A stretch of 64,000 bases of DNA from Sphyrna mokarran. Its lineage: Eukaryota. Positions 26,772 through 38,340 of the stretch are shown in pieces (the first letter of the stretch is position 1; the number at the start of each line of letters is the position of its first letter). The notes below the pieces were generated by a model, which made no database searches, was not told the origin of the DNA, and was given only the letters and a program-made list of their open reading frames with translations. Both the position numbers and the translations under genes were made by a program. The stretch covers positions 118,668,001-118,732,000 of the forward strand of contig JAGIQG010000001.1 of assembly GCA_024679065.1 (NCBI GenBank), given 5' to 3'.

Positions 26772-28045
26772 GATTTGATTTGATTTGATTTGATTCATTA
26801 TTATCATATGCATTGGAATACAGTGAAAAGTATTATTATGCACTATACAGACAAAACATACTATTCATAGAGTACATAGGAAAGGAGAGAGTGCAGAATG
26901 TAGTGTTACAGTTAATGATGTAGTGTAAAGAAAGATCAGCTTAATATATAGTAGATCCATTCAAAAGCTAGATGGAAGCGGGGAAGGAACAGTTCTTGAG
27001 TCGGTTGGTACATGTTCTCAGACTTTGTATATTTTTCTTCAACGGAACAAGATGGAAGAGAGTACATCCAGGGTGTGTGAAGTTCTTGATTACGCTAGCT
27101 GCTTTTCTGAGGTTGTGTTGACAGAGTCAGTGGATGAGAGACTGGTTTGCGTGATGGATTGGGCTATGGTCACAACCCTTTGTAGTTTCTTGCAGTCCTG
27201 GTCAATGCAGGAGCCATACAAATTTGTGATATAACCAGAAAGAATGCTTTCTGCTATGCATCAGTAAAAATTGGTGAAAGTCACAGTAGATATGCTGAAT
27301 TCCCTTGGCCCTCTTGAGAAAATACTGATGATGGGGGCTTTCTTATATATAATGTCATGTGGAGGGACCAGGACAGATGATTGGTGATCTGAACACCTAT
27401 AGACATGACGCTTTCGACCATTTCCACTTCACCACCATTGATATAGACAGGAGCATGTCCTCCACTATGCTTCCTGAAGTTGATTACTCTCTCCTTCAAT
27501 TTACTGACATTGAGGGATAGATTATTGTTGTCGCACTAGTTTCTCTACCTTATCCCTGTACTCCTTCTCATCATTGTTTAAGATCCGACCCACTACGGTG
27601 GCGTCATCAGAAAACTTGAAGATGGAATTGGAGTGGAATTTGGCTATAAAGTCATAAGTGTATAAGGAGTATAGTAGGTGGTTGAGGACACAGCCTTGCA
27701 GGGCAACAGTGTTGTAGATAATCATAAAGGAAGTGTCATTAACTATCCTTTCTGATTGCGATCTGGGGGTTAGAGAGTCTAGGATCCCGTCACAGAGGGA
27801 GGAACCAAGCCCCAGGCTATGGAATTTGGAGATGTGTTTTGTTGGGATAATGATGTTGAAGGCTAAGCTGTAGACAATAAATAGGATCTGACATAATAGT
27901 CCTTATTATCCAGGTATTCCAGCATTGAGTGCGGGGCCAGAGAAATGGTATCTGCTGTGGACCTGTTCTGTCAATGGGTGAACTGTAGCGCTTCCAGGCA
28001 ATCTGGTTGCCTGGAATTGATGGATGCCATGACTAACATTTCAAT
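26772..28045 (-). mobile_element. Rex1/Babar-clade LINE, 5'-truncated, (CAAAT)n tail
   Basis: RT motifs QGCVLNHLLYSLYT.D..AKFHSNSIFKFSDDATVVGRI.NNDE.EYR and KE..INFRKHSGGHAPVYING.EVEMVES; (ATTTG)n at 26772-26795. Confidence 0.9.
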
Positions 28046-28964
28046 GCATTTCATGCAATGGAATGTTATTCTGGAATTCTCTGCTCAAAAACAGATCCGA
28101 CCCACTATGCCACCCCCTCCACCATAGGTGGAGCAAGGAGGCAGGTTTGAAATTCATCCCAGTTGGAACAAGGATGCTTTTGACACAAATCTGATTCACA
28201 GTAGCCATCCAACCAGCACACCCCACAGAATTCAACTAGCTGTGGAAACATACACTTTTACAATCATGTTGTAGTCCTGGAGCTATAGGTAGTAATGGTA
28301 AAAGCTCCAATCTCTTTCCATCATAAGCTGGCTAGGAATCTCTCTGCTCTTGTTGGCATATCTTGGAAAGATTGTCACATTTATACTGAATCTGTTTGGG
28401 CATGTTATGAGTACATCTTCCATGGCCAGCAAATCTTGGAGTGGAATTTGAACATCAAGCTTCTGGCTCAGAGGCAGAGCGCTACCCACTGCTCCAAGAA
28501 CAGAAAGTAATAAAAGCTGACCAAATGCTGACACAAGCCTCAAGAAATTTGATAGATCGAAACCATCTCCAAATATTAACCAATATATTAGTTATACTGA
28601 TGGCGGGATTTTATGGCCTCGCTCATACCAAAACCATAAAATCCAGCCAGAAGTCAACAGACTATTCCATGTTCCATCCCTTGCCTGCTCTGATTCCCAT
28701 GGTGGGCAGGACAGTAAAATTCCAACCTGATCATGCAGTAGAGTATGGGAATATGATAAGCCAAACCGCAGCTGTTCGCAATATTCCAATGCTTAAATAG
28801 AAAAAGGTTTTGCTGATAATTGAGGGGATTTTTCTTACATCTGATAACAAAATTGTGGGCTGTTGTTGATATGTACTATACTCTGTTGCTAAATCTGATT
28901 GCTAAAAGTATTACTGCAATTAATAGTTTGCACACCATTGCACAGGGCTTACTTATGTGTCATC

Positions 28965-29295
28965 TGTGCTGGTAGCATCTTGCCTCTGAATTACAGATTT
29001 GTTGGTTCAAGTCTCATTCCAGGGACTGAGCCACACTAAACAGACTCGCAAAAAGTGTACCTATGAACTGCAGCAGTTCAAGAAGGCAGTTCACCACCAT
29101 CTTCACAAGCGCAATTAGGAATGAACAACAAATGCTGCTTGTAGTCAGCAAACCCACATCTCATGAAATAATATTTTTAAAATGCACTGATGAAGTACTG
29201 CGTTGTTGGTGGCCTTGACTTTTTTTGTATTAAATGTAAAATCTAAATCTTGACTCCCTCTTAAGTGGATATTGAAATGATTTATTTACGAAAAA
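28965..29295 (+). mobile_element. DeuSINE (SacSINE1-like) 5' part with a LINE family B tail inserted at about 29060-29170
   Basis: Head tggtagca.cttgcctctgaatt..gttggttcaagtctcattccag; degenerate Deu domain (ctcttaagtggata). Confidence 0.55.
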
Positions 29296-29865
29296 TATTC
29301 TATGTTGTTAGGTTGCAGAGATTTACAGGCAGATTTCTGGAATTCTGTACCCATGCAAATATTGGAGTGGGACTTGACCATCAAGCTTCTGACTCAGAGG
29401 CAGGGCACTGCTCTGCTATGCTCCAAGAATAGAAACTAATAAAAGCGGACAATAGCTTGCAAAATACTGAAACAACCTCAAGAAAGTTGATGGATCAAAA
29501 CCAGCTCTGAATGTTGACCAACGTGTTAGTTATACTGATAGTGGGATTTTATGGCCCTCATTCATCCCAGAACCATACAATCCAGCCAGATGTCAATGGA
29601 CCATTCTATGTTCCATCCCCTTGCCTGCTCCAATTCCCATGGTGGGAGTTATGCATTGCCAACTCCTTTGTGTGAATCAGTAGCAAGTGGGACAGTAATG
29701 TTTTTAAGGTCCAAATTTTGAGATAGAAAACACTTCTGTGGGATGTATTATTAATTAATGCAGTTTGTCTGTGCAATCAAGTTAGTTTTAAACATAATTG
29801 TAAAATCTAGGTAAAGAAATATAGCACAGAAAGTTCAAAACATTGTGTTGCACAAAAACAATAAT

Positions 29866-30170
29866 ACATGTGGCATCACTGCCAAGGCTAGCATTTATTA
29901 CCCACCTCCAATCGCCATTGAATATTGGTTTGCCAGTTCATTTCAGAGGACAGTTAAAAGTTAATTACATTGCTGTAAATCTGGAGTCATATATAGGTCA
30001 AGTAAAGATGGCAGGTTTCTTTTCCAAAATTAGTGAAAAGATGGTTTTTACAACCATCAATGATAGTTATCATAGTCACCATTACTGAGACCAGTTTATA
30101 ATCCAGATTGAATTTAAAATCTATCAGTGGTCATGGAGAGATTTGAATCCATGTCTCCAAAAGTATTAAT
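29866..30170 (-). mobile_element. tRNA-derived SINE whose 3' tail matches LINE family B
   Basis: Minus strand: B-box-like ggattcaaatctc, body gtctcagtaatggtgactatga...tgactccagatttacagcaatg, tail aataaatgctagccttggcagtgatgccacat. Confidence 0.7.
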
Positions 30171-30207
30171 CTGCACTGCCACTTCTAACAGTTTTTGCAC
30201 ATATGGG

Positions 30208-30478
30208 TATGGAATGGCACAATGGTTAACACTGCTGCCTCACAGTGCCCGGGATCTAGGTTCGATCCCTGGCTTGGATCACTGTGTGGAGTTTGCATGT
30301 TCTCCCTGTGTCTGCATGGGTTTCCTTCGATACTCCAGGTTGCTGTCAAAGTTTGAAAGACATGCTGGTTAGGTGCATTGACCCAAAAAAGATGGCAGAG
30401 TTTGGCAACTTGGGGAATTTCACAGTAACTTCATTGCACTGTTAATGTAAGCTACTTGTGACAAATAAATAAACATTT
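30208..30478 (+). mobile_element. HE1-type V-SINE with Rex1-like tail
   Basis: A/B boxes, V-domain, tail tttcacagtaacttcattgcactgttaatgtaagctacttgtgacaaataaataaa. Confidence 0.9.
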
Positions 30479-30694
30479 AAAAAGATATCCTAAGCTTTCT
30501 CTATTCCTGCCTCTCCCTCAGAATGGCACCCTTTGAGTTGAATTTTCCAAATGTCTGGAAGTGCTGCTGCCAGATACAACCCAATAACAGCAGGGAGCAG
30601 GGCCATGGAGTGCATATTGCTAACTGATTGAAAATGTAGCGGGACTCCCAAGAGTTATTGGCACAATCAGACTCAGCAACTTCAGCCTCACCAC

Positions 30695-31300
30695 TAGTGA
30701 GATTGAGTTTAAAAACTGGCAAGTCATGTTGCAGCTTTGGAGAACCTTAATTAGGCCGCACTTGGAATATAGTGTTCAATTCTGGTCGCCACACTATCAG
30801 AAGGATGTGGAGACTTTGCAGAGGGTACAGAAAAGATTTACTAGGATGTTGCCTGATAGGGAGGGCATTAGCTGTGAGGAGGTTGGAGAAAGTTGGTTTG
30901 TTCTCACTGGAATGATGCAGGTTGAGGAGTGACCTGATAGAAGTCTTCAATATTATGAGAGGCATGGATAGAGTTGTTAGTTAGAAGCTTTTTCCTAGGG
31001 TGGAAGAGTTAATTACTAGAGTCACAAGGTTAAGGTGCGAGGGGCAAAGTTTAAAGGAGATGTACGAGGCAGACTTTTTCATAGAGAATAGTGGATGCCT
31101 GGAATTTGAAGCCGGGGGAGTAGTGGAAGCAGATACGTTAGTGACTTTTAAGGGGAGTCTTGACAAATATATGTATAGGATGAGAATAGAGGGATATGGT
31201 CCCTGGAAGGGTAGGGTGTTTTAGTTAAGCTGGACAGCATGGTCAGTGGAGGCTTGGAGGGCTGAAGGGCTGTTTCTCTGCTGTAATTTTCTTTGTGCTT
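30695..31300 (+). mobile_element. CR1/HER1 LINE 3' fragment
   Basis: MLQLWRTLIRPHLEYSVQFWSPHYQKDVETLQRVQKRFTRMLP. Confidence 0.95.
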
Positions 31301-31689
31301 TGTTCTTTATCCTTTTGTGTTTGGAAAGCCAGTTTTGTGGCATTTGATCAAATCCATAGAGATCTGCAACTTATTGAGTCAAATGCTTTGGTAAGAATGA
31401 AGAATTATTGGTCTTGTTCTGGACACGTTTCTTGGATTTGTTTTAGAAGTTTAAGGTTTTTCAAGTTTATTTATTAGTGTCACAAGCAGGCTTACATTAA
31501 CAATGCAATGAAGTTACTGTGAAACTGGCAATGAAGACCATGTCAGATGTTCCTCTAGAAGGTCTAAAGTCACATTGTCTCTCTACAAGGATTTTCTCAG
31601 CCACAGCAAGTAGCAGACTCAGGTGAACATGCGACAGGATTTTTCCTGCAACAGGCAAGAAGGAAATAACTCAATAGTTTCCACACCAT

Positions 31690-33300
31690 GATTTATCTCT
31701 ATATTTATATTGATGATTTATGATGTCCAAGAAGCTTCATTGCAATCCTCCAACTGCTTCTTGATGATATGACTGAAACTGTTATGAGTGGGGGCTCTGA
31801 TACAATCCACCATAAAACTGGACCAGTGTCAAGCACAGCTGTTTGGTATCCCCCATACTACAACCTATCTGGCAGCATCTATTCACATTAAGAAGTCTCA
31901 CAAACAAGATTAAAGTCCAATAGGTTTATTCGGTAGCACAAGTCACTAGCTTTGGAAGCACTGCTCCTTCATCAGTTAAGTAGGAGTTCTGTTCACAAAC
32001 AGGGCATATAAAGATACAAACTCAATTTATACAATAATGGTTGGAATGTGAGTCTTTACAGGTAATCAAGTCTTAAATGTACAGACAATAAGAGTGGAGA
32101 GAAGGCTACGCACAGGTTAAAGAAATGTGTATTATCTCTAGCCAGAACAGTTAGTGAAATTTTGCAAGCCCAGGCAATTCATGGGGGTTACAGATAGTGT
32201 TACATTAAACCAAGATCCCGATTGAGGCCATCCTCATGTGGGCAGAACTTGGTTATCAGTCTCTGTGCAGAACTTGGCTATCAGTCTCTGCTCAGCGACT
32301 CTGCGTTGTCGTGTGTCATGAAGACTGTCTCTAAAAATCCAAGAGAAAGGTCTATTCACCTCAGCAAAGACTCCCTGGTATCAGTACTAAATACTGTCTA
32401 GATTGAAAACTCTTTAACCTCATTGTCTCCATGCCAAAACTAAATTGAACACCATTGATATACTTGATCTCCAGTTGCAGATGACTTTAGTGACGTTGTC
32501 CACTCTGCACCTGATTTGTAAGCCAATCTTGATCTTTTCAATTCTTCATTCAAGAGATTTGGTCTGTTCTTCAACAAACCCATATATCAACCCAGCCTCA
32601 GTCAGCAAAATATTCCTCCTCCCATTTACATTAGAAGGACTCCAGAACACATTGAGAACTTCCAATACATTGGCAACCACTTCTCTCAAAAGGCCACATT
32701 GATGATGAAATCCTCAGCTATGCCAGGTCAGCCTTCCACAAACCCCAGCAGCAAATGTTTGACAACAACAACCTCCACAAGTCAACAAAAGTGCTAGTCT
32801 ACAGAGCAGTTGTTAGCACACATCCCTATACTGCATGCAAGACCTGAGCTGTGCATCAGTCACACATTAGAGCAGTAGAGGAATTCCAGGAGTAAGCCTC
32901 TGCGGCATCCTTTAGGTTCAGTGAGTGGGGATATTGAACAAAAACTACTTTTGTTTTCAAAGATAACTCCACAAGTATTCAAGCAAAACTCTTGCAAAAT
33001 CGGAAACAACAAACTGGACACCATGTCCAGATGGCCAAAGAATATCTATTCACCTAGGAGGGCATCAGGTCTTGTTATCTCAACTCCCAAATGGCCAGCA
33101 TTTCAGAGGAGGAGGAAAAAGATGCTTCAAAGACACTTTGAGGCTCTCTTTGAAATGCAGCAGCAATGACATTAATGACTTGTGGGAGAAGTTTGTGAGC
33201 AAGCGTTTAAAATAGTGACAAATTGTCCATCAAGCTGCATCATGGTTTGAGTCATTGCATCCTAATGATGAGGCACAACAGCAGCAGAAAAGGATAGAGA
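31690..33300 (+). mobile_element. Decayed RTE-clade LINE ORF, split by a Penelope insertion
   Basis: CPRSFIAILQLLLDDM...VKHSCL.SPIL (QGC region); ENFQYIGNHFSQKA.IDDEI..ARSAFHK..FDNNNLHKSTKVLVYRAVV - RTE-type RT C-terminus. Confidence 0.75.
31888..32335 (-). mobile_element. Penelope-like element 3' end (GIY-YIG C-terminus plus terminal repeat)
   Basis: Minus frame LHDTRQRRVAEQRLIAKF then (frameshifted) HEDGLNRDLG. Terminal repeat with CTGATGAAGGAGCAGTGCTTCCAAAGCTAG. 25-bp tandem duplication at 32242-32291. Confidence 0.85.
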
Positions 33301-33399
33301 AGGAAGCAAATCCTGCACTCTGGATTCCAGTGCCTTACAGAATATCCTAGCCAATGTACCCACAGTTTGAGAATCAGCTAGTTCATTCGCATGAAGATC

Positions 33400-33800
33400 C
33401 ATGGCAGAAACCTGTGACCCTGAGTAGGCATTGTCCTTGAATTGAGGAATTGTCGACAACAACAACTTTGTTAAAGGTCCTTTGGAAGTCCATGTATGAT
33501 CCATCACATCAGCTGCATTAGCCTTACTAACCCTCTCAATTGCCTCATCTAAAAACTCAGTCAAGTGAGATAAACACAAATTTCCTTCAGCAGATTCATG
33601 CTGACTTTTTTTGATTAATGTGACAATTTTGTCCCAGATTAACATTACTAAAAGCTTTCTCACCACTGATGTTAAACTGACTAACCAATAGTTGCTGAAT
33701 TTATCCTCACAGTGTGTAACATTTGCAAATCTCTGGCAACATCCCCTGAACTAAGCAGGATTGGAAGATTTAAATAAATCCATACTGGTGTGGTAATAAG
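33400..33800 (-). mobile_element. CR1 RT fragment
   Basis: LIKKSQHESAEGNLCLSHLTEFLDEAIERVSKANAADV, matching CR1 SQHGF..G.SCLTNL.EFF. Confidence 0.8.
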
Positions 33801-35020
33801 TAGCTTTAACCACCCCCAACGACCCTCTACAATTTTTCTGTCAACAAAAACCATACAATAGGAACCTTTAAAAATACAATGTTTTCTCCCAGCCGGGGCC
33901 ATCTAGTGTTTGGTTAACAACATACAAGTCCAACACATCATGGAGTTCAGAGGGTAAGAAGCTTGAAGAGCCACGCTAGACCATTGAGGGGAAGCAAAAT
34001 AGAAGAAAGCAGATAGCAAAAGCAGATAGGAAATGCAGATGCAGATTGCATTGGAAGAAAGCAGATAGCAAAGAAGCAAACAGCTCAGCAGCTCTGCTCA
34101 GCAGCAGAGCAATAGAATCCAGCAAAAAGGGGAGTGAATCTGAGCTTGTTCAGCTGAGAGTTAGAAAAGTTTCGCAGAGAAGCAGCAAGTGAAAAGCAGG
34201 CTTGGTACTGGAAAACAGGCAGTTCACCAGAGAATATAGCCTCAGCAGAAATCAGAAGTGTGCATGCTGGAGGAGGAGGACAAAATACAGACTGGAAGTC
34301 AACAGCTAAATTAGTATGGCACAGGAGTAGGCAGATTTCTGTGTGGGACCTGACATTAAGAGCATGGTAAAGTTTGAAGCCATCAAATAAACACTGGAAT
34401 AAATCTTCCCCACCTCCTGAATTATGGAATGATATATGGGTACAAAAGGACCTAAAGAAAAGAGATAGTTTTTCACTGGGAGCTGGGCATAAAATGTAGT
34501 TGTAAATGATAATTAATGTATCCCAATTAATCTAATAAGGTTAAATGAGAACAAAATATAAAGCTTATGACTAAACTAATAGAAAAAAATATAGACCTTA
34601 ATTACATTATTTTACAGTTCCAAAACAAAATACAAGAATTATACATGATCCTAAATTCATTGCAAAACATTAATAAAAATCAAAATTAAATTTGAATGCA
34701 TTTTATAGCCAATATTATTAATTTCTCCACAAGAGGTCACTATTCTATTCTCCACAACAGGGTAAGTGTACAAGATGGCTAAATGTTTCCCCATATGTAA
34801 AGCGCTTGGTAGCTGTTTTGTTTTACATTAACTGTTGTCTACTGGGAAATGTTCATGATAAAGAGTTTTTCTTAATTAACACCACCTCTCCTTTCTTCAG
34901 TCCCATATGACTGATTAATTATTTTACTAATTGAGGATCCAGTTTAAATAAAAAGGTCAGGGGTCACTTTATATGGCGTTGTTTGACAGACAGGTGATGT
35001 ATAAAGGATGGACTATATGT

Positions 35021-35285
35021 GGGGTGGCAGAGTGGTTAGCACAGTGGCCTCACGGCACCAGGGATCTGGGTTTAATTCTGGCCTTGGATGACAGTGTGGA
35101 GTTTGCACATTGTCCCCAAGTCTGCATGGATTTCCTCTCACACTCCAAAGATGTGCAGGTTAGATGGATTAATCATGGTAAATGTGTGGGGTTGGGGGAC
35201 CTTAAGATGGTGTTTTGGAGATTTGATGCAGACTCAATGGCTGAATGGCCTCCTTCTACACTGTGAGGATTCTATGATTCTGAGT
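35021..35285 (+). mobile_element. HE1 V-SINE, CR1 tail
   Basis: Head, shortened V-domain, gaatggcctccttctacactgtgaggattctatgattct. Confidence 0.9.
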
Positions 35286-35710
35286 ATGTAATAACCTTCC
35301 CAATTTTTCATCTTTATAAAGTCTTTTCAATTTAGGCATGATAATTCAGCCATGATAGTAAAGTTTCCGTGAAAGTGATATCAGTGACTTGAACGCACCT
35401 TGATCAAAGTGACAAGTTCTTTGTGTCATCCACAAAAGCTATCACTAAGAATGGGTAGGAATATCTCATGGGTTAATGAAGATTATTCCTCATCACACAA
35501 GCATTTATATAGCCCTTTTTACTTAGTAAAGTTCTAAGGCATTTCACATGTAAGAGATGACAAGGGTGGCAGGAGGATGACTAATTGCTACAAAATAAAA
35601 TAAGAGACACTTGAACTGTGGGACCAGCTGGGGGGAGTTAGGGGCCTGGGAAGGGGGAAGGGAGGGGCTGGATGGCTGTAGTGCTGTTGACCATAAAAGT
35701 GAAGTTGACC

Positions 35711-36274
35711 CAGGGTGACCAACCATCTGGGATTTTCTGGGACTGTCCCATAATTTGGCCTTTCCATGTCCCACTTCAGGTCTTCCAGGGACAGGTTATC
35801 CCTTGATCTCCGATGTCTCAAAAGGCTTTATTCATGTGCAGGTATCAGACACACTGGGTGAGAGTTTACAACCTCGCTTGGACAGGGTTCATAGAATCCT
35901 ACCCAAAGCCAACGGAGGATTCTGTTCTGTGAGCCTTGCCTGTCCCAGAAAATTCCAGCCAGTATGTTAATGGCTTGTGTTTGTATTCCAGTTGTGCTGC
36001 AGTGAACTTGGGGCCGGTGGGGGGAGGGGAGGAGGGGGGGATGTTATCCAAAAGGTGCTCTATCTCAACTGGCTGCCGGTTACACTATCTAACAAGAACA
36101 AAATCCCCTGCCTCCATTGTCACAGGCTCACCAACCCACCCTTACCCCCGCCCCATTCTCACTAGCTCACTAACCCACACCCCCCTCTCCCCACACCCCA
36201 CTCTCAAGGCTTCACCAGCACTCAACCCATGGAATAGTTTCCCTTGTTTCTTCCAATCAAAATTGATCACCCTG
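35711..36274. mobile_element. hAT-Blackjack-like non-autonomous element (MER81/MER94-type termini)
   Basis: TIRs CAGGGTGACCAA / TTGATCACCCTG (11/12); subterminal gggactgtccc palindrome; 8-bp flanks match only 4/8. Confidence 0.55.
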
Positions 36275-36313
36275 TGGAAACCACAAGGATGGGGGTAGAG
36301 CCATTGGTGATGT

Positions 36314-36332
36314 CAACACCCCCTGGTGGCCA
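36314..36332 (-). promoter_or_regulatory. CTCF-like motif TGGCCACCAGGGGGTGTTG
   Basis: 16/19 identical to the canonical CTCF consensus TGGCCACCAGGGGGCGCTA; one difference is a CpG-type C>T. Confidence 0.5.
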
Positions 36333-36644
36333 GCAGCCACAGTGCTTTGGAAAAGTTTAGTAAGTAAAAAGGGCTTTGTAAATGCAAGTTGTTGTGTGAT
36401 GAGGAATAACCTTCATTAACCTATGAGATATTCCTACCCGTTCTTAGTGATAGTTTTTATGGATGTCACAAAGAACTTGTCACTTTGATCAAGGTGAGTT
36501 CAAGTCACTGATATCACTTTCAAGAGAGACTAAGGCAAGAGGAGACTCGGGGCTCAGTTGCTCACAGGCTACCTTCAAAATGAGGAACAAAATGCATCTC
36601 TTAAGAACAAACATTCAAAATAAGGGAGAATCGTTCAAAAGATG

Positions 36645-36890
36645 GATGGCACAGTTAGCATTGCTACCTCACAGCTCCAGGGACTTGGGTTTGATTCCTG
36701 GCTTGGGTCACTGTCCGTGTGGAGTTTGCACATTCTCCCCATGCCTGCGTGAGTTTCCTCTGAGTGCTCCAGTTCACCCCCGTTGACTGAAAGATGTGCT
36801 GGTTAGCTGCATTGACCCAAACAGGCATTGGAGTGTGGCAACAGGGAAATTTCATAGTAACTTCATTGCAGTGTTAATATATGTCTTATT
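36645..36890 (+). mobile_element. HE1-type V-SINE with Rex1-like tail
   Basis: Head, V-domain, ggagtgtggcaacagggaaatttcatagtaacttcattgcagtgttaat. Confidence 0.85.
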
Positions 36891-37399
36891 TGCCCTCACA
36901 CCCCTTCCAGTTTCCATTCAGCACCTTCTGTACATAATTTCCTCACTTCCATGACAACTTTCTCCAGGAATATTTCCATTTTGGGCTCACATTTCCCGAA
37001 CCAGAATAACTAGAATATGATATGTATTTCTTAGTTTTCGGGAGAGCTCATTAAATAAATTGGCCACAAGGAAGAGTTAAATACTGGAAGGCCATCAAAT
37101 TAATAATGTATGAAAAGTTATTCCCATCACAAAGTGCCTGCCCTCGCTTTGCCAAGTCCTATAATACCATCCATATTTTCATACTTCAATATTTTCATCA
37201 GCCAGTTTCTGGGCTGTCCATAAGCTGCAGATTATGTCTTATATGTTACTGGTCTCTGGAACAGATTCTGTACCTGTGCCCTCAAATCCCTCAAAAAGTT
37301 GCCACAGCTTAGATTCTTGACACTACATGACCACACACAACAATGGCATGGCACTTCCACTTCATCTAATACTTTGAAGTAAGTTATTATAGGCTAGTG

Positions 37400-38340
37400 C
37401 TGCAAAGTATTCTTCCTAGAAGAGCCTTTGTGACCTTAAATAGCAGCCTGTCACACAATGTATTCACAAGTTCCATAAGATGCTCCACGGCAAGAGATAA
37501 GCAGTGTCTCGTAGCAAATGTCAAAACCAATATCCTGACTCCAACTTGTATTTCTATCCTCTGGCTGTAATCCTTTGCCTATTCCCTGAGCATTCTCCCT
37601 CTCCCTGTGATGCCAAGCGCTTGTCTCACCAACATTCTGTCAAGAGGGAGAATGAAGAAGAGGTTGGCAATTGCTAATTAACTTGTCTTGAGATGGAAAC
37701 CTACTGTTTTTCCATTATAATGAAGGTCCAGGCCTGACTGACACAATGGAGGTCACTGCAGATTCATCCACCTGGCCCAATGGATGTCAGTTCCTCCTCC
37801 AACTGCTCTTGTGCCAGGTTACCAATAGTGCAAGAGAGGATGGCACCCCATCCTGCAGGTTTGATATCTGACTGCCTGAACTCTTACTCCCCCTTTTCCT
37901 TTGTCAAGCCACCCATTGATTCTGGAGGGGTTGTCTCTTCGTTCTCTCGGTTTGACGTCTCACTGTTCAAAGTCTCATTTCACTGACCCTCCTGTGATGC
38001 CCAGTGCCTCAGAAGCAGATGCCAGTGGGTTTTGGTGTGGCCTTTCTGATGTGCTACTGTCTGCAATTTCCTTGTGTTGCTGATCTGTTTCTGTCATTTC
38101 AGGTTCTAGCTGTGCAGTACCATATCACTGCCCGTGACAGTTTGGACTTCCATAACATCTTTCTCTTCTGCTAACTGTGACATGTCCTGCCTGCGGAGAG
38201 TGGATCGTGGAATTGAGTGGACAAACCCAGGTTTGGCTCAGGACCTGAACCTGCCACTGCACACACCATTTTTTAAAAGTGGTTCCATACTTTGTGGAAG
38301 AAAGTCTTACTGGAGTGTTTGGAGTGTGCTGAGAGAAAAA
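37400..38340 (-). mobile_element. Probable decayed Tx1-type LINE ORF1 (zinc-knuckle) region
   Basis: Frameshifted minus-strand remnants GVCSGRFR, KPGFVH, QAGHVTVSRRERCYGSPNCHG, then an E/T/S/P-rich low-complexity stretch, resembling Tx1 ORF1. Confidence 0.4.

Larger units (their letters stand above)
35370..36522. repeat. Long inverted repeat (arms about 35370-35541 and 36343-36522) around an approximately 800-bp GC-rich spacer
   Basis: tgaaagtgatatcagtgacttgaacgcaccttgatcaaagtgacaagttctttgtg... is the reverse complement of ...cacaaagaacttgtcactttgatcaaggtgagttcaagtcactgatatcactttca, with few mismatches. Confidence 0.95.

Noticed and set aside
33995-34110. Short direct repeats as a possible CRISPR-like array
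   Set aside because: Only two or three irregular degenerate units, no constant spacer length, eukaryotic context.
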